Position numbers and translations under genes: made by a program
Source of the DNA: the human T2T-CHM13v2.0 reference genome, Homo sapiens
Assembly (NCBI RefSeq): GCF_009914755.1
Contig: NC_060928.1
DNA: 64,000 bases
Reading direction: 5' to 3' (one strand)
The notes under the pieces: generated by a model
What the model was told of the DNA's origin: nothing
Seen by the model: the letters and a program-made list of their open reading frames with translations, nothing else
The model's database searches: none
Shown: positions 28,861-42,139 of the stretch, in pieces
Layout of the letters: each line of letters opens with the position of its first letter
How positions within the stretch are numbered: position 1 is the stretch's first letter

Positions 28861-31800
28861 GGCTATATCTTTATAAAAAAATTACCTCTCTTTTTGGCCA
28901 CATCACTTTCAAAACCACATAATGTTGTGCCAAACCTTTGGTTAATCAAGTAGTAAGTGATAAAAAATATTAAATGCAGACAATTGTCATTTTAGATCAT
29001 TTTAAGATGACTTTGTCACTGAAGATTATTTCCCACGTAACTCCATTTGCCAAGGGAATTAGTTACAGTCTCTTATCCCCAAAAGATTGGAAATTTTCCC
29101 CAGACTCCTCACGGTGAAATCTGGCCTGGGATTTGGTGTCTCCAGATCTTCTGCTGTCTAAGCAGAACAGCTCTTATCTCTTTCCACAGTGGATGTGTTC
29201 CTGCTCTCTCATTTTTGGCTTGAAAATAGCCATCTATCTGGAGAAATGTACTCCTTATTTAGGCTAAAGGGTGATGAAAAGCCTTGGAGTTATTTGTTTA
29301 TCTTCCAAATAGGTACAGGGAGAGCCCAGCAAGGCTATAAAATCTTAAGCTTCCTGATTCTCCCTTGCCAAAAGGATTAGGCTCAGAGCTGGAGGCCTTT
29401 CTCGGGAGAAGATAAGATAGTGTGTCTGTATTACCATTCGCTCCTGCCAAGTTCCTGCTCTGCAATAAGCCAGCTTTCTTGTTGACGGCCGTCTCACTCC
29501 TTCTCTCCTGGAATCACACCTTGATTGTGGATTTTTCCTTCTTTAACCCTCAGTCCAAACATTATGAGTTGTTTTTCACTCTCTCACTCTAGATCCTTGG
29601 GTTTCTTCTCAGATCTGGCTATGGTGGTAGTTTTTCCATGGACCCTATATAGTCTGGCAAACGATCTCATTTTTTTATATTTTAAAAAGGAGTTGGGTTC
29701 TAAAATACAATGTTCTTTTAATCTTTTCATTCTTCGTTTTAAGGAAAATGCAATATTGTTCTCGTCATGCTCAGCAAATCTCTGATATTTGGAGGATGAT
29801 AGGTATCTTCTTCTGCTCCTTTCAAACATATTTTTATAATAACATCAAAACACACCTGAAAAACTGATACAAAACTCAGGCTTCCTCACTTGATGATTAT
29901 TTCAAAACAGAGATGAAATAAATGCACAAGAGATGTACTCTAACTGAAACTCAATTTTATTTATTAAAAATAATATTACAAATTTTATCTGAAAAACTAG
30001 ATTATTTACAGAAAAAAAAGCCCACAAATATTATATTTTTTAATACCAGCCTCTCTACTCCCACATGATCTCAGTTGTTGGTTAAAATACTGGGGTATGG
30101 CTGTTTAGGAGGTGTGGGAATGGATTTTTGACATATTGTGCTATATTACACACTAGGTTATCTGCAAAAATACAGAGAAAGCATTCAGTCTCTTTTTGCC
30201 CCTAACTTTTAATAGGAGCATTTCCCATCTTTTTCTGCTTTCAAGACACCTGGCCCTGCCTCGGCACCTGCTGGCCCTACCACGACCATCACACAGTCCT
30301 TACCTTCTTAGTGGACCTTTGCAGGGGCAGCATCCTGACCCCAAAATGTGGATGCACTATATTGTTTGTCACTTCCAAATCCAGCACACAGGTACTAAGT
30401 GACCACTATGTGCTAGGCCCTGATTTCACAGAGCTGATGCTGCTGTGTAATTTCTCTTCCTCTTTAGTTATTGCTGCTAACAGCACGGCTAGTTGAGAAA
30501 CTGGACCAAAGCCCATAACCAAGAATGGACAGGGGAAGGCTTCCAAGCAAAACTGAAACTCCTTAGTAAACATGATACTGCTCCTGAGGTTTATCACAAT
30601 CATGTTAGGAGAGTTTTTTCTCTCCCGTTCCTGTTCTTTCACTTCATCTAATACATTTCCCAAGAGAATAGGTAATAGAAAATAAAATAGAATAAGGTAC
30701 CTTAAGCTAGTGGATATTCTAAATGATAAGGCATTAATACAGATGAAGTGGGTATCTTGCTCTCTTAAAATTAATAAATGCTACATAAAATGTGACATGT
30801 AGCTAAATATAAATATATGATCACATAAATACATCAGAGTCTGTATTTATATCTACATGATTTTTTCTTCTTTTGCAAATGAACTTTAGCCATTGGTCAT
30901 TACAAAGATCAGCATGATTATCTTATCCAAGGAAACCCGCTTTAGGAAAATGTGTCCATTTGGAGTACACATTTACAACAAGTAGGCAGACGGCTTTGCC
31001 CACCTCATGCCAGTTGGGATTGGGAAAGTAGGGAGGATAACAAAATATTCCTTTTAAAAAGGGTTACCACCAGAATTCTCTCACTCTCACAATCCACATT
31101 AACAATTTTAAAGGTGAAATGTTTCCAAATCTGGAGATACACTAAGGCATTGTCTGCTGAGGAATAATGGAAAATTCTGCCTACATAAAGAGAATTAATG
31201 AAAATCAGAATCTGCATTTTAGAGAATGCATTAGGAAAACTTGGCAGAGGTGAAAAGTATTCTCTGTCCCCTTATTGCAGTTTTATTGCCATCATCTCAC
31301 TTTCTGGTACTTTGCAAAGGAACAGTTCCCCCTGACAAGTACGCTTTGCTCTCAGAGACCAACTTGTGTCCTAATGATGCTGCAAATGTGATGGTGAAAT
31401 CCAGACATTCAGTTTCTGCACTGTTCATATTAAAACATAACCGTTCAGGTTCTCCAGCACAGACACCTCCCTGTCTCATCCAGGTGTCAGTCATGATGGC
31501 CAGAACAAGTGTGGCAGGTGAAGACCACCACTGTGGAATTCCTGCCACCCAGGGCTCTGCTGCCAGGTGAGCTCACCCCTGCTCAAGAGATTACAGCATT
31601 TTAGAAGTTCATTCCTGTTTCACCCGACCTTCCCCACCCCCACCCAGCATCACTTCTGCCTAGAGAGCAGAGAAATCACAGAAGTTGGTCCTTGTTGAAT
31701 GCTGTTGGTCCTGATCGCAGTGGCCACTGGTCCCTAAAATACTGTAATCTGGTAAGAACAGAGCCACACACAGCACATCCCAGGAGGCTTGCTTCCATTC

Positions 31801-32097
31801 TTCCTGATGCGAGCTGGCCCACCTACTCAGAAAACTCAACCACTGCTGACTGAACGAGGCCTTTTTCTCTCTCTCTCACTCCAAAGATCAGAGCAATAGC
31901 CTCCATAAAGCAGAAAGTGTAAAGAAATTGATTATGACTTAACTAACTAGAAGAATAATATAGCGGTATTGCAACTAGCAATCTCATAAACCCTAACACA
32001 ATGGTAATACTTACTTTATGCTGCCAGCCAATTCAACTGGCTGCTAAAATGTACTTGGATAACTATCCCAAGAAATGTATGAAGTAAATGTTTGGGG

Positions 32098-32400
32098 TTT
32101 TTTTTTGTTGTTGTTGTTGTTTAAGTTGGAGACTCACTCTGTTGCCTGGAGTGCAATGACGCGATCTAGGCTTACTGCAACCTCCGCCTCCTGGGTTCAA
32201 GCAATTCTCCTGCCTCAGCCTCCTGTGTAGTTGTGATTACAGGTGCCCACCACCATATCCGGCTAATTTTTTAAATTTTTAGTAGAGATGGGGTTTTGCC
32301 ATGTTGGTCAGGCTGGTCTCGAACTCCTGACCTCAGGTGATCCACCAGCCTCAGCCTCCCAAAGTGCTGGAATTACAGGCATGAGCCACCGCACCTGGCC
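32098..32400 (-). mobile_element. AluSx-like SINE
   Basis: (TTG)n/T tail, then reverse Alu; TSD AAGTAAATGTTT at 32082-32093 and 32403-32414. Confidence 0.93.
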
Positions 32401-32627
32401 TAAAGTAAATGTTTTTTATAGACTGTTCTCCAACAAACAAACAAACAGTAACCTCGTTGTTAAACGTCTCAAAATGTTAAATTTTCTGTTTAAATGTACT
32501 ATTCCAAACATTATATGCTGTGATATAAGACTGTAACAAATAGCACGAGACCCAGCGTCTGGAGTGACACACCTCAAGGAGCAGGGAGCTTGCAGGTGAT
32601 GTGTTCTTTAAAGACACAGGGAGTGTC

Positions 32628-33210
32628 ACAATGGCTATTATCAAAAAGATGAGAGGTGAATGTTAGTGAGGATGTGGGGAAAAGGGAACCCTAGCACACT
32701 GCTGGTGGGAATGTAAATCAATACAGCCATTATTCGAAATAGCATGCAGGTTCCTTAAAAAAAAAAAAAATAGAATTACCATATGATCCAGCAATCCCAC
32801 TTCTGGGGACATGTCCAAAGGATTTGAAATCAGTACATCAAAGAGCCATCCACACTGCCATGTTTATTGCAGCGTTATTCACAATAGCCAAGTTACGGGA
32901 TCAACTTAAGTGTCCACCAATGGATGAATGGATAAAGAAACTGTGGTGTATATACACAAAGGAATATTATTCAGCTGTAAAAAAGAAGGAAATCCTGTCA
33001 CCTGTGACAACATGGATGAACCTGGAGAACATTATGCCAAGTGAAATAAGCCAGCACAGAAAGACAAATACCATGTTCTAACTTACATTTGGAATTTAAA
33101 ACAGTCAAACAGAGTGGAGATGGTGGTTACTAGAGGCTGAGGAGTCAGGGGAATGAGGAGCTGGTGGCCAAAGGGTACAGTGTTTCAGTTAGACAGGAGG
33201 AAGAACTGAT
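32628..33210 (+). mobile_element. L1MA-type fragment (ORF2 end + start of 3'UTR)
   Basis: '[11 protein letters not shown]...KCPPMDEWIKKLWCIYTKEYYSA' remnant; 'aaagggtacagtgtttcagttagacaggaggaa'. Confidence 0.88.
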
Positions 33211-34203
33211 AAGTATTCAAAGCAAACAGAAAAGAGACAAGCAGTGTGTCTCCTGACTTTGCTTCGGGTTTTTACTCTCCCTTACTCTAGTACCCTAGCA
33301 CAGGTACCTTTTGTGCCTTACCCTGAAGTGGAACAAAGAAGGAAAAGTGGAGAGAAGGTAGAGCAGGAAGGATAAATTATATTTCTTTCTCTATGGCAGT
33401 TTTTTTCTTACTCTACTTCAGAAAAGAACCACTTGGAAAGAGGCATGAGGCTAGAGAAATTTCTAACTGAGCAATTTGATTATTCAGAGGACACCCACCC
33501 TGTGAGCTTGAACTATGGGATCCTGGAAGGATGCTTGATGCCAAATTGGCCTGAAGCAGTGAAGAAGCCTGAGGAAGTCTGAAGAAGCCTCAAGAATCCA
33601 GGATAACATTTTAAGGAACCCTCTCATTAAGTTCTAAGGATAAAGCCAAGCTTAATTAAGCTGTGAAAAATGGAGACAAGTCATTCATTAGATCGATTTT
33701 CTTTTAAAAACATACTCTCTTGAGCTCCTCTTTGAAGTGAGGACCTTATAATATTGTTTGAGTTCAACTAAACTGTGCTGGAGTACAGCCCTTATTACTT
33801 TAGGATCTATATGTGTATGTGTACTGTAATATCATTTTCCTTTTTAGGAAACCAGAGATTATTTACAAACTCTTATATTTTAGGAATCAAAACTTTTGCA
33901 GGTTAAATCCACAACCATAAATATTTGGAATGATGTTACAGTTCGAATCTAGTCAACTGCCTGAATTGTTTGTTCCAATTGCTGTACTTTGATGAATACA
34001 ACTACGATACCTACTCGGTTTTCCTGATTTGTTCACTTCCCTCATGATAAGATTCAATTCAACATGTCGTAAACCTGAAAGAATTCTTGTTGCCAAGATC
34101 AAAGTATTCTAGTCATTTCACAGGAAAACTGATGTATAAGCAAATCGACCATCTGGGAATTAAAATAATATAAAGCACTAGACCAAGTAAAAAACTACTG
34201 ATG

Positions 34204-34352
34204 GGCCAGGCATGGTGTCTCATGCCTGTAATCTCAGCACTTTGGAAGGCTAGAAGGCAGGATTGTTTGAGGCCAGGAGTTTGAGACCAGCCTGGGTAAA
34301 ATAGCAAGACCCTGTTTTTTTTTTTTAAAAAAAAAACAAAAAACAAAAAAAC
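34204..34352 (+). mobile_element. FLAM-like Alu monomer
   Basis: Left-monomer sequence ending 'agcaagaccctgt', then a T-run and A-rich tail. Confidence 0.85.
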
Positions 34353-35819
34353 ACCCTACTATTGATAATAATTATGATAAAAACAAAAGAATAAATCAGA
34401 ACAGAAGGAAAACAAGGAGAACCTGATGCAAACCAATCCCCTTTCCTGGTTGGGTGCAAAAAAATAACAATATTTTGCATATAAATAGCCTCACCCAACA
34501 AGTAATTTTATGTCTCTTTTTAGAAAAAGATGAATTATCTTTGTAAAAACATTTCACAGATGTGCAGTTACTCCCAGATGCATGTGATAGGGCCCAATAT
34601 TAACTGTGCTTTAGAAATTACAATCTCATAAAAGAGAGTGAGTTTGCTACCACTGAGATTGATTTCTTAAAATAGCCAGCTCAACTACTGCTGTCCAGAT
34701 GTATTTTTGTCTTTGTCTATCTCTACTGTGAATTATTTAAAACAGCACATTCTGTAGTTTGAATATAGCCCACATTTCAAATTAAGTTCACAAAATTTTG
34801 TGCTCAGTGTACAATTTCCATTTAATAGAAATAGTTCTATAAATCCATAATATCACTGAAAAGCAATATGAAGCTAAACACAAGAATATTTCTAAAACCC
34901 CATTTTATCCCAGGAAAAATTAATCTTTGAACAAAAATATCATGCAAATATTTATTTGCAAAGAATTCTGAGCATGATCTAGAAAACCACATTTATAAAC
35001 AAACTCGTTGGGCTGTTTAAAAGGCTCTCCACCAACATGGTTCTTTCATGTTGTTTTAATTACTTTTGTAGAAATGTATTGTGTATGCAAAGACCTACAT
35101 GCTTTTTGGCTGGATAAGGAAGCTCTGTTTTTAAAAAGTAAAGATGTGTTACAGTATTACTACTATAGTAATTTATTGAGATCAAATTCTTCCAATAGCT
35201 CAGCTACCTCCTACAGGGACAAATTTTCTAGAAAAACAAATGGAGCAAATGGGGAAAGAAGGAAGTTTAGATCATAAGATTGGAAACCTAGACATTCATC
35301 TCTGCCCTCTCTGAATTACTGGAAACATTTCAAGTCAAACAATAATTTATGGGCCGTCCTAGTGGTCTTTGATTTCATGATACTGGTTTTTAGGTCTCTA
35401 AATCCATTCCAAGGAAATTCTAAGCAAAATTTAGAAACCCTGTGTGTTTAAGATCACCCGTATCACTTTCCTTGGCTCCACTCTAATCGTCACTTATTCA
35501 ATAACCTAGTAAAAATTATAACAGCTGCCACCAAACCAACACATGAACCCATGCCCAACCAGTTTATAAATGAGTAGATATTTGTACCTACATACATATG
35601 TTAGACTTACTCTGCTATATTTTGACAGTGTGGTCTTATGATGTTATATGGATTGATGTCTCCACTAAGCAAAGTTAGTATTTCTGTGACAATTATCTGG
35701 GGAAAGGAAGTTCCTCAGACAGAAAATCCAACCTTGGAAGACAGAATTTCAATTCATTCATTCGCCCATTCATTCATTCAATGGATATTTATTGAATGCT
35801 TACTACCTATCCGGCAGTG

Positions 35820-36838
35820 TTCTCCAGCCCAAATCATTGCCCAAAACTAGAAACTGTATATCCAACTGCCCATTAAGTGTTTCCACAAAAGTACCTAATG
35901 GACATCTTTAATTCTACGTGTGCACAACTAAACTTACATTCCAACTTCCCACCATATGCAACCCACTCCTCCCCGTGTCAGCTGATGGCAACTCTATGCT
36001 TCCAGTTGCACAAACCAAAAGACTTGATGCCTTTCTTCCTTTCACAGTCCACATCCTATCTATCAGGAAATCCTGTTGGCTCTTCCTTCAAAATATATCC
36101 AGAGTCTGACTTCTTTCCACCACTTTAACCGCTGTCACCATGCTCTCATCCACCATCATCTCTATACTGGCACCTCAGCTTTCACCTTGCCTCCCTATAG
36201 TCCGTTCTCAGCACCACTCCACAGGTATTTCTGATAAAATTTAAGTTCAAATCATACCACTCATCTGCTCAACACCCTCCAGTGGCTCTGCATTTCACTC
36301 AAGACAAGCCAAAGTCCTTATTATGGCCTTTAAGTTTCCCATGACCCCTCATCCCTCCTACCTCTCTGAGATCATCCTTTCCTTGATGGCAGCCTCTGCA
36401 CCCTCCCTCTAATTAGCACTCTTCCTCTAATTATCTAATAGTGACCAATTTAAGGTCAAGGTGCTGGTTCTTCTCTCTGCCTCCTGCTCTCCCTTTCTAT
36501 ATTGACGTGGTTCATCTGTGCATCTCTTTCAAACCTTGTCTTAGATTTCACCTTCTATAGCTATGAGGCTACTCTTACCACCCTATTTTGCATTGCAAAA
36601 ACACCCCACTCCACCACCCACCCCCAAACATACAAACTCCCCGCTGGAATTTCCAGTCCCCCTTTACCTATCTATCATGTTCTGCAGCATTTATTTCACT
36701 CTAACCAAACTTTTTAAAAATGTTTTTTATTGTCTGTTACTTGAAAATGTTTTGTTTTTGTCTCTTTGGCTTCCTGATGTATCCCAAGCATCTGGCATAG
36801 GGTGGATGCTCAGTGAAAAAATTCCTCAATGAAAGAAT
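35820..36838 (+). mobile_element. L2 (L2a-like) ~1 kb, nested in an oppositely oriented L2 end (35750-35820 and 36840-36885)
   Basis: 'tctccagccc...atatccaactgcc', 'aaatcctgttggctcttccttcaaaatatatccagagtctgac' and terminal 'tggcatagggtggatgctcagt'. Flanks read 'cattcattcaatggatatttattgaatgc' and 'aaaacagatgtgatctctgc'. Confidence 0.8.
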
Positions 36839-38579
36839 GTGAGTAAAACAGATGTGATCTCTGCGATTAAGAAAGTTACAGTCCACAGGAATGATAACTC
36901 CTATCTCTTGAGGCTTCCCCTTGTGGCTGGCATCTCTATGGGCCTAGAGGGGCCTAAATATGCTACAGGACATCCCCAGGTCAGGGAAGAAGGATGGCCT
37001 CTGCCACACACCTGGCCTGGAGCTGCTGGACTACAACTTGAAGACAGAGTACTTATTCCTTAAAATCCAAATTATTTAATTTCATGCTGTTATTTCTCTT
37101 TACCTTCAGGTATCTGTAAGTGGTTAATAAAATCTTATTTGAATGTTGCTGCTTGCATTTCATTGTGCTCTGAAGAATTCTCAGAAGCAACATATCATCA
37201 TTTACAGTCAGTCCAATGAGGGAGGCAGCACTGCCAGAGATCAGCTTAAATGTGGAGTCACAGGGCAAGAGGACTCTACTGAGGACAAGGTCAGGGGGCA
37301 TCATCCCTCCTCTCTCAACACTGGCTTCTGCACCCTTCCTCTAACTGGAAGAGTTACCCCATCTGCACTACTCTACAAGGCCACTCTTGAAATGGACAGA
37401 ATTTTCTCAGGTTGCCAGTGGGTTGCCTTATGGTCTTCATGCTGCACACTGCAAGCAGCACTGCGCACCTCAATCTGCTCTGCCCCATGTCACCTCACCT
37501 TCTGCAGTGGCTCATATTCAACCTACCCCCAATCTTGTGAAAATTTCTACTTTCTCAGTGAAGGTGGGCTCAAAGAGTCATTAGGAGGTATAATCAATAC
37601 TTATTTATCCAATGAATTTCTAATGTATTGCTACTTAGTAATGTGACTATCTTGGGCAAACTGGGAGAAACCTGTTGGGTCAAGAGGGCCTTCCAGGCCT
37701 CCTAAGCCATGCCTTATTGACATCTCAGGACTTGCCACCATGATAAAGCTGCTTCTTGATGTGGTGCCCTGCTCAAGGAGCTCACATTTGGTGCTTGGGA
37801 ATATTAATGTTCTGGAAAACTCTAGAAGAAAGGAAAACTAGATCATCCAATTATTTCCTGATGATAAGAAATTGGGGTAAAAGGAGAACTAACTGTTTAA
37901 AGTCATAAAAGTGCCATTTAACAAAATATTCACATTCTACAAAAACAGGGATTCTGTTCTATGCCCAAGCAATGTAGTCATCTGAAGAAATTCTCTCACT
38001 TACCTTTATAGCCTCCCCAGACCCTATTACAGTGCCTGGCTAAATAGATGCTCAATAAATGTCAACCAAACATTAACTCTACATCCACTCAGCCAACAAA
38101 GTCAGAATACAGAGCTCACATTTTCTCCTCATACACCAAGGTGTGTTGTATAGTTAGACCTTTAGTCTCCTAAACAACCAAGCAGACAGGCAAACCATTT
38201 TCTCCCAATTAATTGACAGAGGTCAATGACATTATACAACAGGTATGGTTGAAACATTTATTTTCCAGAAGCTAAATCTAACAACACTTGTAATTTCTCT
38301 TTAATTTCAAAATTTGAACTTCATTGGAAAACAATTCAGCTATGATTTACTGTAGAACTATACTTGGTAAAGTCCTGGACTGCAAACCTATAAATTTTCA
38401 TCCGCATTGAAATCCTGCCAACTTGTTTTACGTTCCTCTCAGGTCTTCTCAACTTATCTCTTCTAATGCTGTCTTAAAAGGAAGAGTCACCGATATGACA
38501 TCCCTTCAAAGTTCTATCAAGCTTAGGCACACAGAACATAGGCTTTCTGATTTGTTATTTTTATAGATTATTTCAGAAA

Positions 38580-38750
38580 TGTAGCAAGTCTGAATTGGAA
38601 TGTACTATAAGTGTAAAATTAACAACATATTTTTAACAAGACAGCAAAAAAATGTAAAATATTTTATTAATGATTTTTATATTGAGTACATGGTGAAATG
38701 ATAATGTTTTAGACATATTGGGTTAAACAAAGTATATTATTGAATTTTAA
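38580..38750. mobile_element. MER33/Charlie-like hAT fragment
   Basis: 'tttttatattgagtacatggtgaaatgataatgttttagacatattgggttaaacaaagtatattatt'. Confidence 0.7.
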
Positions 38751-39086
38751 AAAATATTTCAATAGAATAAATCCAGGGTTTTCTTTTTAAAATCATTTTT
38801 GTGCCATGGATCTCCGTGAGAGTTTGGTCAAGTCAATAGATAAATGAATACAATAAAATACATAGAATTAAAAATAAAATAAAATATTATTAGTTTTGAC
38901 ATGCCAATACAGAGATTTCTATTGCCTGAAATATAAATCTGTGAATAGGGTCCTAACTATTCAGATTATAACTGTCGTAGAGTACCATCTCTTATATGCC
39001 TAGATTGACTTAAAATTTAATAGAGGATTAATGATTTAGCAATTTAAGTTACAGGCTATAAAATAGCTATGGTAATATTTACACTT

Positions 39087-39932
39087 TGTTAAATAAAAAG
39101 TTGTTCATGACACTTGTTTGTTAAAGACGGTAAGGAAGATGTTATTCAAGAGAGATTATTTCAATGAAGGTTTTGCAGTGGGGAGAAGAGATGGGGCTCA
39201 ACTCCAAATATAACAAAGACAAGCAGGGATTTATAGCAAGGAACAGAGTCAGGGTCAGTGGAGGGAACATTACCAAGATTAAATATCAAGACCGGAGGAT
39301 TCTTGAGAGCTGGACTCACAGGATTCTTGCTGAAGACAGGTCAAGGAAATAAGATATCAAGAGTGAGAGGATAAGGAATTTGATCAGACATGGAGGGTGA
39401 TCAGATTCCAAAGGTGGGGGATTTTTCACTAACCTGACTGTATTAGTCTATTTTTATACTGCTATGAAGAAATACCTGAGGGTGGGTAATTTATAAAGAA
39501 AAAGAGTTTAATGGACTCACAGTTCCACATGGCTGGGGAGGCCTAACAATGATGACAGAAGGTGACTGAGGAGCAAAGTCACATCTTACATGGCGGCAGG
39601 CAAGAGTGTGTGTGTGGGGGGGACCTGCCCCTTATAAAAACATCAGATCTTGCAAGACGTATTCACTATCATGAGAACAGCATGGGAAAACCTGCCCCCA
39701 TGATTCAACTACCTCCCACTGGGTCCCTCCCATGACACATGGGAATTATGGGAGCTACAATTCATGATGAGATTTGGGTGGGGACACAGCCAAACCATAT
39801 CACTGACCTAGCAGAATACTTGCTAAAACTGAACTAAGTGGGCCAATGACAGAGCCCAAGGACAATACCTAGATAGAAAGAGGACTCAGAGGAGTCAGAC
39901 TCAAATTTGGTCAAGGAGTGAATTTTTTGTTA
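39087..39932 (-). mobile_element. ERV1 solo LTR (MER31/MER67-like), interrupted by THE1
   Basis: End 'ctcagaggagtcagactcaaatttggtcaaggag' is the reverse of a MER31-like start; 'ggattcttgct' and 'ggctcaactccaaata' motifs present. Confidence 0.75.
39439..39802 (-). mobile_element. THE1 (MaLR) solo LTR
   Basis: TGTATTAGTC...CACAGCCAAACCATATCA, 364 bp, with perfect 5-bp TSD CTGAC (39434-39438 / 39803-39807). Confidence 0.95.
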
Positions 39933-42139
39933 GTCTAAATAAATAAACTAAGCAATCTTGGTGTTAGTCTCTCTTGGAGGACCACCCTTGTACTGTACCT
40001 GGTTTGCCACATGGTGAGTCTCCACTATCAATATGACGTAGACTCAAACTTTTCCAAATTCCTCCCAAATCAAGTTAACTTTAATTCACTGAGAAGTTCG
40101 TGAGAATGTTTAGGTAAAGTTGCAACAGGGTGCTCACGTTTCTGTATAAATGGCTTTCTTCTATCACCAGAAATTTTATATATTTTCCCCTTCTCTATAA
40201 ATATCTGGAATATATCAGTGAATAAATGAATGATCTTTCTTCTTGCTTTTCTCCTCTCATCCAGATAAAACCAGTGAAAAGATTCTTCTTGGTCATTGTT
40301 CTTTTGGAGTATGAAGGTGCAGCTCTCTGTGACTTGACACAGTTTGGGTCTAGGAATTGCTCTAGAGATGACTTGTGGCCTTCTTATCAGAGACATTTTC
40401 TAGAATTACTGAGGTCTTAAGGTACTATCTGAGGTGGAGATGACAGCAGAAAAGGTAAATGAAGTTGAGAGTTAGTTAATAATAAAAAAATTTATTTATA
40501 ACTTACCTATAATAATTATCATCATTATTCTAAATATATTGAGTTCACTTGTTGAGTAGTATTAAATGTAATATTTGTGGGACATGTCCTAATTTTGAAT
40601 TTTATTGAAAGATAGTGTGCACATTTCATGTATCTGTGCATGCATATGCAAAGTTTTTTCAACAAATATTCACAAGTGCCTACTCAATATCAGACACTAT
40701 GTAAACTGTTATTCACCTATTAAGTTTGTCTTATTGCCCTGGGAACTCTGGAAACACACCAGATTTAAAACATTAAAACTATGTTGATGTGCTCCACCCA
40801 AATAAGCTTCTGACATATTCCAGCTCTAATTCTATTCAGTACAAAATTTCTAGCAGTAACAGTGGCGATTATCATTTAGCTTTCAAATATGTTGTAATTA
40901 CACTTTTAAAATTCAATCACCAAAATCTCACCATTAGATAATTGTAAAAGGTATGAAAATGTCAGCCCCCAAAACACAATAATTTAGCAATTTAAAAGTG
41001 AAAGCATACATTTTCTGGAGAAAGTAACATTTTACCTTGGCTCTTGTGTTCCTTCTGAAGAAAGGAGTATGGGTGGTTAATTTTTAGGCAAGGCCATTTC
41101 CACTTTGTTTTACCAGTAAAAAATATGCTAATTAACCCTGGAGTTCAACGAATTTTACCAAAAGTGATATGAGGGGGTCATTCCCGTGCTAGCAGTTTAT
41201 TTGGTTGATAGCATGGCTTATAAATGTGAGAAACAGAAAATACTCAAATGAATGCACACCTCCCTAGGACATTTCACGGTGTCTTTCAGCATAGCAATAA
41301 AGTTAAACAACTCCCTAAACATGTGTGTTATGAATAGGGCCTTTTGCTAAGTAAAGATGATTTGTTTCTAATACTAAACCCAGTATCTCACTTTCTGGAA
41401 AGATAACTGAACCAAACAGCTATTGGTTGGTTAGAATTAACTTTAAATTATTTTCAAAATGTCAAAAAAGGAATTACTTTTTTCTTCTTGCCTGTTATTT
41501 TTCCAGTTCTTTTTAAAACAAAGTGTTCATTTTGGGGCATGACAGCTAAAATAGAAATGTCTTTGGCATAAACTCAGCTCTCCTAGCCTGCAGGCAAAAT
41601 ATAAAATTGTTAAATTGGAGAGGACCAGAAAGCGGATGATAAAATTTGTCCATGGAACTTCTGTTAATAACAAACATTTGTCCCATGACATGTACTATAA
41701 GTAATAACACATGACAGGGGATGGATTTGTCACTGTCCTGAACAGCAGGTTTTGGTGCCTGTAAGACAACAGGCCAAGTTCACCTAGCCCTTCAGCTGTG
41801 GCTTCCTATGAATCTGTTGGGGTTTTCATTAAACGTCCTTTTTTAAACTTGGAAAGACTTGGGAAGACAATTCTCAGATGTGTGGGTCTAGGTTGGTCTG
41901 CCTTTAGAATTTTAGAGGCAGCTTGGTTTGTTGTGTCTGGTTCTATTTTCTACCGCAGCAGCATTTGCTGTTTCCTAAGAGTCATGCCATTTAAGCATTT
42001 TGCCTCCATTTCTTCTTCACTCAGTAGTCAGAAAGAGAGAGGAGGCGATTCTGAAAAAGGCAGATAGACGGTAGCAGAAGCGACCATGTTGATAGTTAGT
42101 AGAGGCAGCAAGGCCTTCCCATTTTCTGGCTTTGTTTCA

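Noticed and set aside
29584-29829. Basic 81-aa minus-strand ORF
   Set aside because: No recognisable homology; the K/R richness reflects A-rich composition.
41681-41721. Imperfect 13-bp inverted repeat (11/13)
   Set aside because: Isolated and plausibly chance in 64 kb.
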